A DNA stretch of 64,000 nucleotides from Oopsacas minuta (taxonomy: Eukaryota; Animalia; Porifera): positions 248,001 to 312,000 of the forward strand of contig JAKMXF010000022.1 of NCBI GenBank assembly GCA_024704765.1, read 5' to 3'. This document shows, in pieces, positions 16,279 through 34,900 of this stretch (within the stretch, counting starts at the first letter, position 1; each line of letters starts with the position of its first letter). A model generated the notes under the pieces. That model was not told the origin of the DNA. It worked only from the letters and a program-made list of their open reading frames with translations, and made no database searches. A program made the position numbers and the translations under genes.

Positions 16279-16683
16279 ATGACTAATAACTCGAGAAAGC
16301 CTTATCCGTTCAGTGATCATGACAATAAAAGGACTTTAGAAAATCATGGAGAACATTTCGACAGAAATCTAGGCCGTAAGATCAAGTCAAGTGAATCAAC
16401 AGAACACTACACTCCTCTCTCATTTCTCTCTTGGGACCATGCTACTACTATGAAGTCATTACAAACTGACAGTTATGTAAAATTAACTTGCAAGAAATCA
16501 GAATTAACTCGCTATCCCGATCACTATAGCTCTGCTGACCGTAAGAACAAAGGTCCCAGTATATCTGAATGTTCTCATAAACTTAGCTTTCCGATACAAG
16601 AGAGACATAAAACATCTCTAAGTGTAATTGCAGAGACTCAACATAGAGATAAGAATGCTCATCTCTGGAACTATTCTTACTAA
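16279..16683 (+). CDS. TEX36-like HDNR-domain protein (may have an upstream exon)
   Basis: PFSDHDNKRTLENHGEHFDRNLGRK parallels the TEX36 segment PFSVHDNRHSLENSGCYLDSGLGRK as I recall it. An in-frame splice acceptor exists at 16256-16257. Confidence 0.65.
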   Translation: MTNNSRKPYPFSDHDNKRTLENHGEHFDRNLGRKIKSSESTEHYTPLSFLSWDHATTMKSLQTDSYVKLTCKKSELTRYPDHYSSADRKNKGPSISECSHKLSFPIQERHKTSLSVIAETQHRDKNAHLWNYSY

Positions 16684-17056
16684 ATCGAACAATTCTTACT
16701 AAATATATATTTACAATACCTATCCAATATTATTTTTATATATTCGTTAGGCCCTGTTAATGAGAAATTTATTTAGCTCTAACTAATGTCCACCAAATAT
16801 ACGGGCGGGCGGAATTTTGTCATTATTTAGAACATGAAAAATTCTAGCGACTGGAAGTTTATTAATTAAGCATGTTAAGTAAGGTTTACTCTTCACTCGT
16901 TAGTTAGTAAATATGTGAAATAATAATAATCACTAATTCCAATAATGACAATCTTCATGCGGCTGATGGAGCTTAAACAACTAACAGTGGCCTATATCTA
17001 CATATACTATGAGTTACACTTTATCACTTTAAATACAGGATAGCTTACAGCTGATT

Positions 17057-19267
17057 ATGCGACGCCTGTTAGGTAGTCTCATGCTAGTCAGTGGCTGTGC
17101 TACTACAGGAATCTATATAAACTCATTACGTAAGAGATCTGAGATTCACTCGTTTAACCAAGCAGAGTTAAGAACACCAGAATTTTTCCAGAGAGTATTA
17201 GCTCAGCAGAAGACTATCCCACAACTGGAGGAATGGCCTGAGCTAACTATTCCATCTCGTAGCGACCAGATTGTTAAACTGCAGTCAGATATAGAGTTTG
17301 ATATCCTCGTCATTGGAGGGGGAGCAACTGGATGTGGGGTAGCACTAGACGCTGCTACTCGCGGTCTTAACACTGCAATGGTAGATAAGTTTGATTTTTC
17401 TTCTGGTACTAGTAGTAAGAGCACTAAGCTGATACACGGGGGAGTTAGATATCTGCAGAAAGCTATACTGGGGCTGGATTACGAGCAGTACAAATTGGTA
17501 AGAGAGGCGTTACAGGAACGTGCTAACCTCTTGAGAATAGCTCCTCATCTAGCATACCCTCTCCCCATTATGTTACCCATCTACACATTCTGGCAGATCC
17601 CATACTTCTGGGCAGGGATTAAATGCTATGACATGGTAGCTGGGAAAGAAGTACTCCAAAAGAGTTACTTCGTGTCACGTTCCAAAGCCCTAGAGATGTT
17701 TCCAATGCTAAATAAACAAAAGCTCAGAGGAGCTATCATATACTATGATGGACAGCATAACGACGCTCGGATGAATATCGCACTAGCAATAACAGCTGCT
17801 CAGAATGGTGCTACAATAGCTAATCATGTTAATGTTAAGTCTCTATTGAAGAACGGGAAAGGTAAAGTTTGTGGAGCTCATGTGTGTGACAGGTTTTCAA
17901 AGAAGGAATGGGATATCCATGCTAAAGTTGTTATCAATGCTACTGGTCCTTTTACAGATAGTATTCGTGTTATGAGTGAGTCAAATGCAACACCTATTTG
18001 TCAGCCTAGTGCGGGGATACACGTAGTTCTACCTTCATATTATAGCCCCAAACATATGGGTCTTCTCGACCCCAATTCCAGTGACGGACGTGTAATTTTC
18101 TTCTTGCCTTGGGAGGGTAAGACAATAGCTGGTACGACTGATAGTCCCATAGCTCTTACACACACCCCTCAACCCAGTGAATCTTCTATTCAGTTTATCC
18201 TCAGTGAGATTAGAAACTACCTAGACCCAGGACTTACTATCCGCAGGGGAGACGTACAGGCAGCTTGGTCAGGGATCCGACCTCTCGTTTCAGACCCCTC
18301 CTCCAAAAACACCCAATCAATATCACGTAATCATGTCATAGAGGTAGATAAACATGGACTCATTACGATAGCAGGGGGCAAGTGGACCACTTATAGGTCC
18401 ATGGCAGAAGAGGCAGTGAGTAGAGCTGTTAGTGAAGGAGGTCTACAGACTACCTCCTCTTCTAACACCCTAGGGATGTTCCTGAATGGAGGTGAGCAAT
18501 ATCATCCCTTGCTATTCGTTAGACTCATTCAAGACTTCGGTCTAGAACACGAGACAGCTTGGCATCTAGCTCGTTGCTATGGGGACAAAGCTGCTGAGGT
18601 AGCAAGACTTGCATCATTCACAGGCAAGAAACATCCTCTTGTAGGTCGTAAGCTAGCAGAAGACTTCCCTTATATAGAAGCAGAAGTATTGTATGCATTG
18701 AAGGAATATGCTTGTACTGTTACTGATGTAGTAGCAAGGAGACTGAGCTTAGCCTTCCTTAACGTGCAAGCAGCTGAGGTGGCAGTACCAAGAATAGCAG
18801 AAATAATGGGGGAGAGATTGGGGTGGAGTTGGAGTGAGAGAGAAGCACAAGTTAGTGAAGCAATTGAGTATTTGGATAGTATGGGGAATAAGGTTAGACA
18901 TGAAATACGGAGTTCTTTTCCAGAAAAGTTTAATGATGAAGAATTGGTAAACTTAAAAAAGAAATTCCTAGAATTTGACAAAGACCATGACGGACAAATC
19001 AGTGTTTTAGATATGCGAAAGGTTCTAGAGAATCTCCAGCAGAGAGTAACAGAACAAGAACTCCGTGAATTAATCGCGGAAGTTGACACTAATCGTAACC
19101 AGACTATTGAGTTCGAAGAGTTCGTTCAGTTAATTGCCTCCCTGAAGGCTGGTACTGTTACTGATAGCCGATTCGGTGCTCTGATACAGCAACAAGATTT
19201 GCGAAGGAAAGACTACTCTAACCTCTCTCATACGATACCAGTTGAGAAGAGTGGAGGAGGAGTGTAA
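17057..19267 (+). CDS. GPD2: Mitochondrial FAD-dependent glycerol-3-phosphate dehydrogenase with C-terminal EF-hands
   Basis: Intronless, 736 aa. DILVIGGGATGCGVALDA, GTSSKSTKLIHGGVRYL and AGGKWTTYRSMAEE are present, with EF-hand loops DKDHDGQISVLD and DTNRNQTIEFEE. Confidence 0.97.
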   Translation: MRRLLGSLMLVSGCATTGIYINSLRKRSEIHSFNQAELRTPEFFQRVLAQQKTIPQLEEWPELTIPSRSDQIVKLQSDIEFDILVIGGGATGCGVALDAATRGLNTAMVDKFDFSSGTSSKSTKLIHGGVRYLQKAILGLDYEQYKLVREALQERANLLRIAPHLAYPLPIMLPIYTFWQIPYFWAGIKCYDMVAGKEVLQKSYFVSRSKALEMFPMLNKQKLRGAIIYYDGQHNDARMNIALAITAAQNGATIANHVNVKSLLKNGKGKVCGAHVCDRFSKKEWDIHAKVVINATGPFTDSIRVMSESNATPICQPSAGIHVVLPSYYSPKHMGLLDPNSSDGRVIFFLPWEGKTIAGTTDSPIALTHTPQPSESSIQFILSEIRNYLDPGLTIRRGDVQAAWSGIRPLVSDPSSKNTQSISRNHVIEVDKHGLITIAGGKWTTYRSMAEEAVSRAVSEGGLQTTSSSNTLGMFLNGGEQYHPLLFVRLIQDFGLEHETAWHLARCYGDKAAEVARLASFTGKKHPLVGRKLAEDFPYIEAEVLYALKEYACTVTDVVARRLSLAFLNVQAAEVAVPRIAEIMGERLGWSWSEREAQVSEAIEYLDSMGNKVRHEIRSSFPEKFNDEELVNLKKKFLEFDKDHDGQISVLDMRKVLENLQQRVTEQELRELIAEVDTNRNQTIEFEEFVQLIASLKAGTVTDSRFGALIQQQDLRRKDYSNLSHTIPVEKSGGGV

Positions 19268-19438
19268 TATATCGATAATTACAGTTACGGTATTGTGTTT
19301 GTATAGATTCTTGATTTGATTTGGTGCTATTATTCGTATTATTTAGTTACTTACATTTGTGTGAAAGGTATTAACAGATGTAGACTTATAGACTGTCGAA
19401 TAAATGTATACCCAATTATTACTTAGATAATATTCGCA

Positions 19439-25645
<6,207 letters not shown>

Positions 25646-26569
25646 CCAGAGATTTGTTAATTTAACTAAATTTGCAATAATTGAAGAATTTCCGGATCGT
25701 TATGCTTAAAATGAATAATTTTTTGGAGGTGTTAGTTATTAGTAATTTAGTATTGTGGCTTTGCATTACTGGTGATAATACATTCTGTGTATATTTCTAT
25801 TTTACTTTAAATCCTTTAGCCTCAGGCCATTAAAATAGGATGATTAGGTACATCAGAAATGACCAATATGAACTAACCTGACCTGATAGTACGCGAGTTT
25901 TTGAAAATTGAATTGTCCTAATTTGCCTTCTTTACAAGTTTTAAGTTTTACTTACGTAATCAGAGAAATTTGTACTACTTCAAAGACTTTATTAATAATA
26001 ATAATAATCTTACTGATGTAACGAGTACTTAGTTTTTAGCAGCACCTGACTAATCAGCTTATAAAAGGTTGCTCTTTTCCACTTCATTGCATGAATTATA
26101 CCTCGAATTAGTCCTTTATTAATTCAATCATTATAATATACAATACTTGTAACCTTTGTTATTCTTGTTAGTATTCATAGTGGCATACGTATGTATATAT
26201 ATATATTTATAAGTGTATATTCGCTATTTAAAAAATTGCCATCCATTTATCCAATACTCAATCAGTATAATTAATATTACGTATGCATATGATTCCTAAC
26301 TTCCTATTTATAGAAACGTTATTACTTTAGCTATATATACACATACAAACCCGTAGCAAGCAGATTTCAATTGGCCAGGTTGACCTATGCAAAATATATT
26401 CTGCCACTAAATGACTATCATACTATTTCTATTAGTAGTCCGAGTGTTGGCCCTGTTCACACCTGACCAACCGGACTGCTTCTACGTCCATGACATATAA
26501 GTGCTAGTATATTTGTGTTAATATTATCTGAATTATAACATTAGTTCTTTGTAAATTCAGATAAGTATA

Positions 26570-28133
26570 ATGAGCGTGTTTGCCTGGGGTTGCGGTCGTT
26601 ACGGTCAGCTTGGAAATGGTTTGCTTGACAACCAACCTCTTCCCATAAAGATGGATTTATCATTCCTTCCCTCAAAGGATGAGGAAATTCCCATCAGCGT
26701 TACTTGTGGTTCTCACTGTACATTTGTGGTTACTAGTAAAAAGAATGTATATGTATGTGGGATGGGTCGCTATGGAAGAATGGGAGAGGGATCACAGAAT
26801 GACCGGAACTTTCCTGTCGCAGTCAAACTCCCCGCATACATCGCTAACCTCTCAAGCAGATTCACTCACTCATGTGCTGTTGATAAATCAGGACAGGTAA
26901 ATAAATTTATAAATAATATACAAATTTATGATCTCTCTGCAACCCTTAGGTATATTGCTGGGGCTCTACACAAGCTCTATGCAACCCAATAATTAGCAGT
27001 GTTACAGAAGACACTGCTACTTCTTCTAGGAAGGAGATGGGAGCTGGTAAAGCCAGTGCCTCAATGGCAGATATCCTGATACCGGCTAGTATTGATGTCC
27101 CACTGCTTGACGGTATGGATAGAGCTCTCACAGTTGCATGTGGGCACAATTTCACATTTGTTGTGACAGAATCAGGTATGGTATTCTCTTGGGGTAACGG
27201 TAAGCATGGAGTGTTAGGACATGGAAACGAAAACAATGTAGCCAGACCTTCTCTTGTGGAAAGTCTTTGCGGCATCAGGTAGTAAATAAAACAAATATAT
27301 TTAAAACATAAACGTTACTTTATTGCTATTATAGAATTGTTGGAGCTGAGTGTGGATCAAACATGGCAGCTCTGTTAAGTGAAGACGGACAGTTATTCAC
27401 TGCTGGATGTTCAAAGGAGTTCGCATTAGGACACGGCCCTATGTCTGCTCCTGTCAAAACGTTCAAACCTATTGAGAAGTTATTTGGCCAGAAACTAACG
27501 TAAGTAATTAAAGAATAATAATCTAAATGAAGTCAGGGCCGCATATTGTGAACCCTTATGGGACCAAAATCTTGTTCATAATATTGAGACTTCATATTAA
27601 CAGAACTTAATTAGTTAATTTATACAAATCTCATCGGAATGATTTATTGGGACCACTGGCTTGGCTCATAATGAGGGAATTTCAATTTCATAATAAACGA
27701 TCCTGACTGTAGTCTGTATCTCTACAGAGCCTGCAGCTGTTCGAAAGGGGAGCATCATCGTCACATGCTAGCCTGTACAGAGACAGGTACTGTATACTCA
27801 TGGGGAGATGGTAGCAAGGGGAAACTCGGTCACGGAGATATAAACCCTGTAGAATGGCCTAGAATGATAGATCAACAATTTTTTCTGGGACAAAGAGTAG
27901 TTAAAGTAGCTGTTGGAGGCCTGCATAGTCTGGCACTGACTGAGAAAGGTCTGGTATTCAGTTGGGGATGTGGGAGTGATGGTAGACTGGGTCACAAAGA
28001 CTCTATCGGACACAGATATTTATATAAAGAGGCGTCACCTCGGCTGGTCGAGTCTCTGTCCATGTTAGGACAAGTAACAGATATTGATTGCTCATATTAT
28101 CACTGTGCTGCAGTGGTAACCACAAAACTATAG
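26570..28133 (+). CDS. RCC1/BLIP-II repeat protein, about 408 aa
   Basis: Exons 26570-26896, 26950-27278, 27335-27499 and 27728-28133 join in frame. Repeats: VFAWGCGRYGQLG, VFSWGNGKHGVLGHG, VYSWGDGSKGKLGHG, VFSWGCGSDGRLGH. Confidence 0.88.
27530..27709. mobile_element. CAGT-TIR MITE in intron 3 of the RCC1-repeat gene
   Basis: AGTCAGGGCCGCATATTGTGAA versus the reverse complement of the right end, AGTCAGGATCGTTTATTATGAA (17/22). Right flank TA. Confidence 0.65.
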
Positions 28134-28838
28134 CTACCAATTTATCAAGAACTATTCTCATCTATTTGGCAGCTTTTCTTATTTGTACAGATCGACTTAC
28201 CACTCTATCTCTCATTCATGCCTGCAGTCAGTCTGCATTTGTAAGTCCTGTTTCGTGTATGTATGTATACTGTTCATTGCATACTCATTATTTTCATTAA
28301 TAATTGGGACACGATCGAATGATTTAATCTTTTTAATCTTATTTGGAAATCCCGAAATTGGGGGAATCTTAAATCAATCACTAATTGACTCCGAAAATGT
28401 TGACGTTATGACTCTTTAAGACTTTTGGTTTACTTGTATAGCCATAATCGGTTGTTTATACAAGAAAATCCCTACCAATATCACCAATCCTATCGGTGTG
28501 ATGAAGAGAATGGGAATTGATTACTATAACATTACATCTGCAATTCTTCTGCTGATTTCAGCCTAAATGAATTAATACTATTGTCACAGTTAATGCGTTA
28601 AAGTGATAATTGCGTTGGGAAGGTGCGATACCTTGTGATAATTCCAAATTATAATTACTAGATGTATGTCAGCATAACATAGTTAATGGGGCGCTGCATT
28701 TATTATACGCACGTATGCATTTATCAGGTACTATTTGCTTGTAATGTTCCCGGCTCTTTTAATGACCTGAATTGTGGAGCAAGATTTATAGACTATCAAT
28801 CAATTACCTATTCATTCAATTAATTATGTACTTAGCTT

Positions 28839-29795
28839 ATGGACCGATTTGGCGTGTTTGATAATCCTCTAGCTGGTCATTTAGCGGCGATGAGTGGAGG
28901 CGTGTACAAAGGAGATTTCCATTGCTACTCTATGGCTATGTATCAGATAGAGAATAACCAATATGAGTCAGGTGGGAAGATCGTTTTACCTGCATCAGTC
29001 CTAGAGAGACTGACACGAATGAATATTGAGTATCCAATGTTATTTAAACTAACACATTGCGAATCACAACGTTACACTCATTGCGGTGTAATTGAGTTCT
29101 CAGCTCAAGAAGGGAGAGCTTATGTACCTCACTGGATGATGAACATGTTACAAATGAATGAAGGGAATAGTATCAGTCTAGAATATGTATCCCTGGTTCC
29201 TTGTACATATGCAAAGTTTCAACCAATTACCAACGAATTTCTAGACCTCACTAATCCCAAATCTCTCCTTGAGAGAACTCTCCGCTCATTCGCTTGTCTC
29301 ACACTAGGTGACGTCATAACAATCCACTACATCGGTAATGAATTTCAGCTTAGAGTGCTAGAATTGAAACCGAAGGATGAAGTTACGATTATTGAGTGCG
29401 ACATGGAGGTAGACTTTGCAGCACCAGAAGGATACGTTTCTCCCAAGCGAGAGATCCCAGTCAAAGAGGAGATGGAAACTGATGGAGTGGATCCTGAAAT
29501 ATTAGCTACTGCTAACAGCCAACAGAATTTCTTTGCATTCAAAGGCTCAGGACAGCGATTAGACGGAAAGACAAAGGGAACAGATTCTCCTGGACTAGCT
29601 AACCAAGGACTAGTGAAGAGAGGAATACCTAACTATTCCTATAAAGCAAATAAAATTACATTCCCGTCAGCTAAGAAATTAGCCAAAATTTACACACAAA
29701 ACAATGACACTAACAACACAAATGATTCTGAAGATTCGTTCTCAGCTTTCAAAGGTGAGGGAAATGTTTTGAAGCAGCAACAGCGTAAGAAATAG
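28839..29795 (+). CDS. UFD1: Ubiquitin fusion degradation protein 1
   Basis: Intronless, 318 aa. ESGGKIVLPASVLERL, THCGVIEFSAQEGRAYVPHWMM, IIECDMEVDFAAPEGY and the SHP boxes FFAFKGSGQRLDGK and FSAFKGEGNVLK are present. Confidence 0.97.
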   Translation: MDRFGVFDNPLAGHLAAMSGGVYKGDFHCYSMAMYQIENNQYESGGKIVLPASVLERLTRMNIEYPMLFKLTHCESQRYTHCGVIEFSAQEGRAYVPHWMMNMLQMNEGNSISLEYVSLVPCTYAKFQPITNEFLDLTNPKSLLERTLRSFACLTLGDVITIHYIGNEFQLRVLELKPKDEVTIIECDMEVDFAAPEGYVSPKREIPVKEEMETDGVDPEILATANSQQNFFAFKGSGQRLDGKTKGTDSPGLANQGLVKRGIPNYSYKANKITFPSAKKLAKIYTQNNDTNNTNDSEDSFSAFKGEGNVLKQQQRKK

Positions 29796-29939
29796 TTTGT
29801 ATTTTATCCTGATGATGTTCTATGAGATTATTATGATTGTTTGTGTGTCTGTTATGACCAATCAGTTTGCTTAGAATGGATGTTGCCACCAATAAAATAT
29901 TATAATAATTGTTATTAGCTAATTAGGTCTATAATAGCG

Positions 29940-31451
29940 ATGATTTATGTCTCAATGAAATACTTTATTTTCCTTCTTCTAATCACGGTAATACCAGACC
30001 CCTGTTGTTCAGATCAGAGTGATACATATGATAAAGCTAAGTCTTCTTATGAAACTCTAAGATCTATAACAGAAGACGGCTCTAAGAGAGCTAGCTGTAT
30101 GAAGGTAGCTTTCTCTCAATTAAATGCTACTTGTTCTAATCTTGATGAAACCATGGTGAACTATCTAGCTCTGAGATTTACAGTATGTCACTATCAAGAT
30201 ACTCAGAGGGATTTCCCTGAACAATGTGTTAATGCTTCCCCTACAGTAGAATCAACTACTGAATGCACCAAAAACCTTACTGATAATTCTTTCATAATCT
30301 ATACTCAGTTTTACACACACACACGAGCTTCTTGTTACTTCCTAGAAGCTAAGCTATGGCAGGAGAAAACTGAACAAACAATTCATAAACTTGGTGATGT
30401 AGCAGATGCTTCTGTGCTTAAGATCCATCAGTCGTTAGATAAGAGTGATACTTTGATCAAGGGTCAAGCCGAACTACACATTAAAGCATCTGAATTAAGT
30501 GATAAGCACGATATTCTACACGACAAAATGGACAATAATCATCAAAAGATAGATGAACTTACCAAAGCTATAAGTGAGTATTATATCATGGTTTCTGATA
30601 TGTTATCAATTCTCTCTCAGAGCTCTGTGAGACTGGAGCAGATGGTGAATTTAGTGTTAGGAGAAACTCATCAGCTGTCTTCATTCCTGTTCTACTTTAC
30701 CCTCACTATAATGACGTTTCTACTCACTATACCATCCCGAACTAGTGCAGCTAGATTGAAAATGATCTCTTTTATAGTTCTCCACTTCATGCTGGAGAGA
30801 CTGGTGTACTCAGCTACATCCTCTCTTAGTCCTGACTACCATTCATTATTCGTGACTGTTTCTTACTACACTAGATTCTTCATAGCAGTACTGAGCTTAT
30901 TCTTACTTATGCATGCTGGTTACAACTATAAGGACTACGATATGTTGTTACATGTGATTAATCATAAACTAGATCAAGAGAGAAAAGAAAATGAGAAGTT
31001 TAGAGAGAATATTCAGAATGAAATTAAAGTTACCAGCACATCTCTTCACGATAAATTCGATCTTATAGCCAAGCCTTGTATATCACCACATGTCCAAGAG
31101 GAGGAGCTGCTAGTTCCCAGCGCCAGGAAATCAATTCATCGAGTTAGGAGACGTCTTGAGGATAGTTTTGATACACAGGAGTGTGTTAGTGACTACAATA
31201 CTCCTTGGAGGACGTCTATACAGCCTGATAACGATTCCTCTCTATTCTGTCAGCCAGTAACACTAGATTACGATAGTGGGGTGGAAGACTGCTTCAGGAA
31301 GGAGCTACAGTTAAGTATACATAAATTGAATGTCAGTACAACTGGCTCATCTCCATCCAATTCTCGTACTAGTACTCCTAGTGGATCTTCCCGCTCTCAG
31401 TCTATTTATAGCTCTGCTAAACGATATAATCTTAGATCACAACATAAATAG
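29940..31451 (+). CDS. Brambleberry/GEX1/KAR5-family nuclear-envelope fusion protein
   Basis: Signal peptide, then the Cys-rich domain C-MKVAFSQLNAT-C...LALRFTVCH...C...CT..L...F..YTQFYTH...CYFL...WQEKTE, a coiled coil, two to three TM segments and a Ser-rich tail. Confidence 0.8.
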   Translation: MIYVSMKYFIFLLLITVIPDPCCSDQSDTYDKAKSSYETLRSITEDGSKRASCMKVAFSQLNATCSNLDETMVNYLALRFTVCHYQDTQRDFPEQCVNASPTVESTTECTKNLTDNSFIIYTQFYTHTRASCYFLEAKLWQEKTEQTIHKLGDVADASVLKIHQSLDKSDTLIKGQAELHIKASELSDKHDILHDKMDNNHQKIDELTKAISEYYIMVSDMLSILSQSSVRLEQMVNLVLGETHQLSSFLFYFTLTIMTFLLTIPSRTSAARLKMISFIVLHFMLERLVYSATSSLSPDYHSLFVTVSYYTRFFIAVLSLFLLMHAGYNYKDYDMLLHVINHKLDQERKENEKFRENIQNEIKVTSTSLHDKFDLIAKPCISPHVQEEELLVPSARKSIHRVRRRLEDSFDTQECVSDYNTPWRTSIQPDNDSSLFCQPVTLDYDSGVEDCFRKELQLSIHKLNVSTTGSSPSNSRTSTPSGSSRSQSIYSSAKRYNLRSQHK

Positions 31452-31905
31452 GAGACACGGTAAACAACCCAGTCACTTCGCTCAGAGTTTGTTAGTGTTT
31501 TATTTGATTAATTCCTTAGTTATCGGTTGTTAATGTCCGTATTCATTCCATTAATTGAGGGAAAAATCGATAGGACAACAACCTATATGTATCTACATTT
31601 GTTCCGAACTCTTGTTCTACGTAATTATTTTGTATGCTCAATCATGAACTATCGTACTGTGTTCAGAGGCAAAGTAAGAGTTTCCAATAATACAAACTTA
31701 ACTTTCAAAATACTTTTCATCCTTTGTTGTTAACTTTCTGTGCGAATACATATATACTACTTACTATCTACATTAATACTATGTAAGAGTATTCTGTATT
31801 ATTCACTTTTTTAGTATTAATACTTTAAATATATAATTGCTTGTTTGTGTCAAGTAACTGAGTGTGTATTATTATATTGTTAGTATTAATATATTGATCA
31901 ATGCA

Positions 31906-34900
31906 ATGGAGGGCTGCAATCGTTACCTGCTGGAGAGAGATCCAAATATTGGTTTCGGATTCAATCTGAGTTTGAGAGGAGAGCGTTATTTCATACAGAA
32001 CTTGTCTCCTGAGGGGCCAGCTAAGAAAGCGGGATTGTTTGAGTATGCTTGGATTCAAGAGTTCAATTCAATAAGTATTACAGGCCTTCTTCCTCAGGAT
32101 GTGAGTAAATTGGGTTTATACCTTATTTGTGTCAATTTGAACAGAATACTGATTTCTTCTAGGTAGAATCTATAATTAATAGCGACGTGTTCTTACTAGT
32201 GACAGCTAGAGAATTGTGTACAGCACTTTTTGAGCGTGACTTGAACCGTGCGAATAAACCAAATCAAAACATTTCCCCTACTCGAAAAATACTTCGGAAA
32301 ACTTCTACAACTTCTCTCAACTTCAACCCTGATCCATCAATAGATTTTGATTTGAAGAGTAGAAAATCTCTTACTTTAAGTTTGGAAACTTTGCAAAAAT
32401 TGAAAAAGATGGCTACGAAAAAGTATCTTGACTTAATTTCACAGGTAATTAATACTATAAAGTCAACTCCCCGTTATATCGAACACGGATATATCTAAAT
32501 ACCCGCTTTTATCCAAATCTAAAATTGTACAAATCTGGATTCAAGTGGTTCCTTGAGCTTTCATATGCCTGGAGTTGACTGTAGTTCCTTATTTGTGCTC
32601 GTCTCGATTAGTCTGTGTATTTTCATGTCTACAAATATGGTATTTCCAATTTACCCGTAGGTGTCCGTGACATTACAATCTTGAAATATCTGCATTAAGG
32701 ACAATACTATATTTGAAATTTATAACTTAATTACTTGTGCATTCCGTTTTCTAATCACATTAAAATGGGCAATAGCAACGTAATATATTCGCAGTTTCTA
32801 TGAATCTGGACACCTGGTGGATTCCATATGATTGATATTATCAAAGTCATAATTTCTTGTCCATATTTATATACTGTTATATCTATCCTATTACTTTTGA
32901 TGATTATCAGTTCATTTAACTTTAAACTGATTATTATTTCAATTAATTTTTTGCAATCAATTAATAGTTTCATAGAAAGTCTTATATTTGGGTAGAATTG
33001 TGAGCTTTACTCTGCCAAAGTTTAAATTAGCTGACTTATTCGTATACAATTATAATCTTTTGATTAATTGATGCCTATTCTTGTTTACTTTCAGCTCCAC
33101 ACGGTAGAAGGAGAACAAACATATTTTAAATCTAAACAAATCGAGAAAGACATCGCTGAAACAATTCAAAATATAAAGATGTTGGAAAGACAAATTGTCT
33201 CAAAAGCAGATGTACAGTTGTCTACAGTTAACATATACAACTTAGGTCAAGTTAACAAGGAAAGAAAGAAAAAATTCACTCTTGAGAGAAGTTTTTCTGA
33301 CAAGCTACTCATCTCGAAGAGTCCTTCAACAAATTTATTTAGGTTTGTCAATCCATCTTCTGATTGTTAACAACCATGCTTAGAATTTAACCTTTCTAAC
33401 AATTTAATGTACAACACGAATGTGTCCATTTCTCACAAAGCAAACACAATTATTTATGCACAACTCGTACTTTACAATATTTTATTATATTAAAAGCATT
33501 GAAAATCATTGAGAGATGTATTTAAGAATATTACATTTATGTAGCTTTATTACTAAACAATCGTTGGCATACGTTACACATTTGAATCTACAAAAATATT
33601 TGTTCAATTGAGGACTTTCTATTTCTTACTTTTACATTAATTAGTGACATAATTATTATATCCAGTTTTAGTATAGATGGATGACTTGTACTATATTATG
33701 GATACAACACACCCAATAGCTATAAATACTTGTAAAATAATTTTATTTTAATATTTAAATATAGTGTTAAAATTTATTGACACTTCTTATAAATGTCTCA
33801 TTTGTTAAACCAGTTCAAAGACACTCTCAACTTCCTATATTACATGAGTTTTATGAATTATCATGGATATTTCAAGCAGTAAGTCCATCTCTTAATCAAT
33901 ACTTGATATGTTTATAACTTTGCAAATACGCATTATGTAACAAATGAAGCCAAAATTGGGCCATTAGCTTGTTAAATAACTAGAAATATTGTAGAACTAT
34001 CGAGCTGTCATCAGCTCCAATTTGGTTAATTATTTTCATTTCTCCGTGCGTGTTTTCATCTGCTAATACGATTAAAATATCTTACATCAATATAAATCCC
34101 GTTACCTTATAAGTATTGGATTGCAGAAGGAATTATCTATTCTGAATGATTAAATATTTAAATCATATATTGACTTGTCTTGTAACTCTATACATCTTAT
34201 CATACATACATCATTCGTTACTTATTTTTGCAGTTGTTATTAGAATTTGTAACTAGGCTTCTGGATTATAATTATGAGTTATCCATATGAATAGGACAAT
34301 TCTCCTAAGGACACGAGTATGTATACGTTTAAATAATTAAAATTACAGCTGTTTTATTCAATTCAATAGTTGAATAAAACAGCTGTTACGAAATGCGTTG
34401 CGAAATGCGAATCCTCCCACCTGTTTTGCTCTCATGTGCATTATCAAATGGCTCTACACAGTAAATGTGAATGCATAATCTTAATTAAGTGGTAGAACAC
34501 ATTTCTCATTCATTCATGCCATGTATAATTGTATCTTAATTCAAGTTATTAATAGGCTATTATTCCCGATCAGTCTGAACATTATTGTTTATTGAATTAA
34601 TATTTTCAGGGTTCGACGAGACCGAGTAATGAATTCACCAAGTCTCAACGTGATATCTCCCAATTCTAATTCTTTCGAAATGACATCAAGTCTCCGTCAA
34701 CTCCGACCTACCCCTATGAGTGGAGACTCAGATGGAGATGACCTAGATGAGTTACCGATTATTTCCAGACATAAACCCCCTCCTTTTGATAACGCCCCCT
34801 TTAAGAGTCTGGATGTGTTAGTAACTAAGCCGGCCTATACTTCAGTGTTGTTAGAATTCCTGATTAACAGCACCAGGGATCCTGGCCCTCTTCTCTTCTA

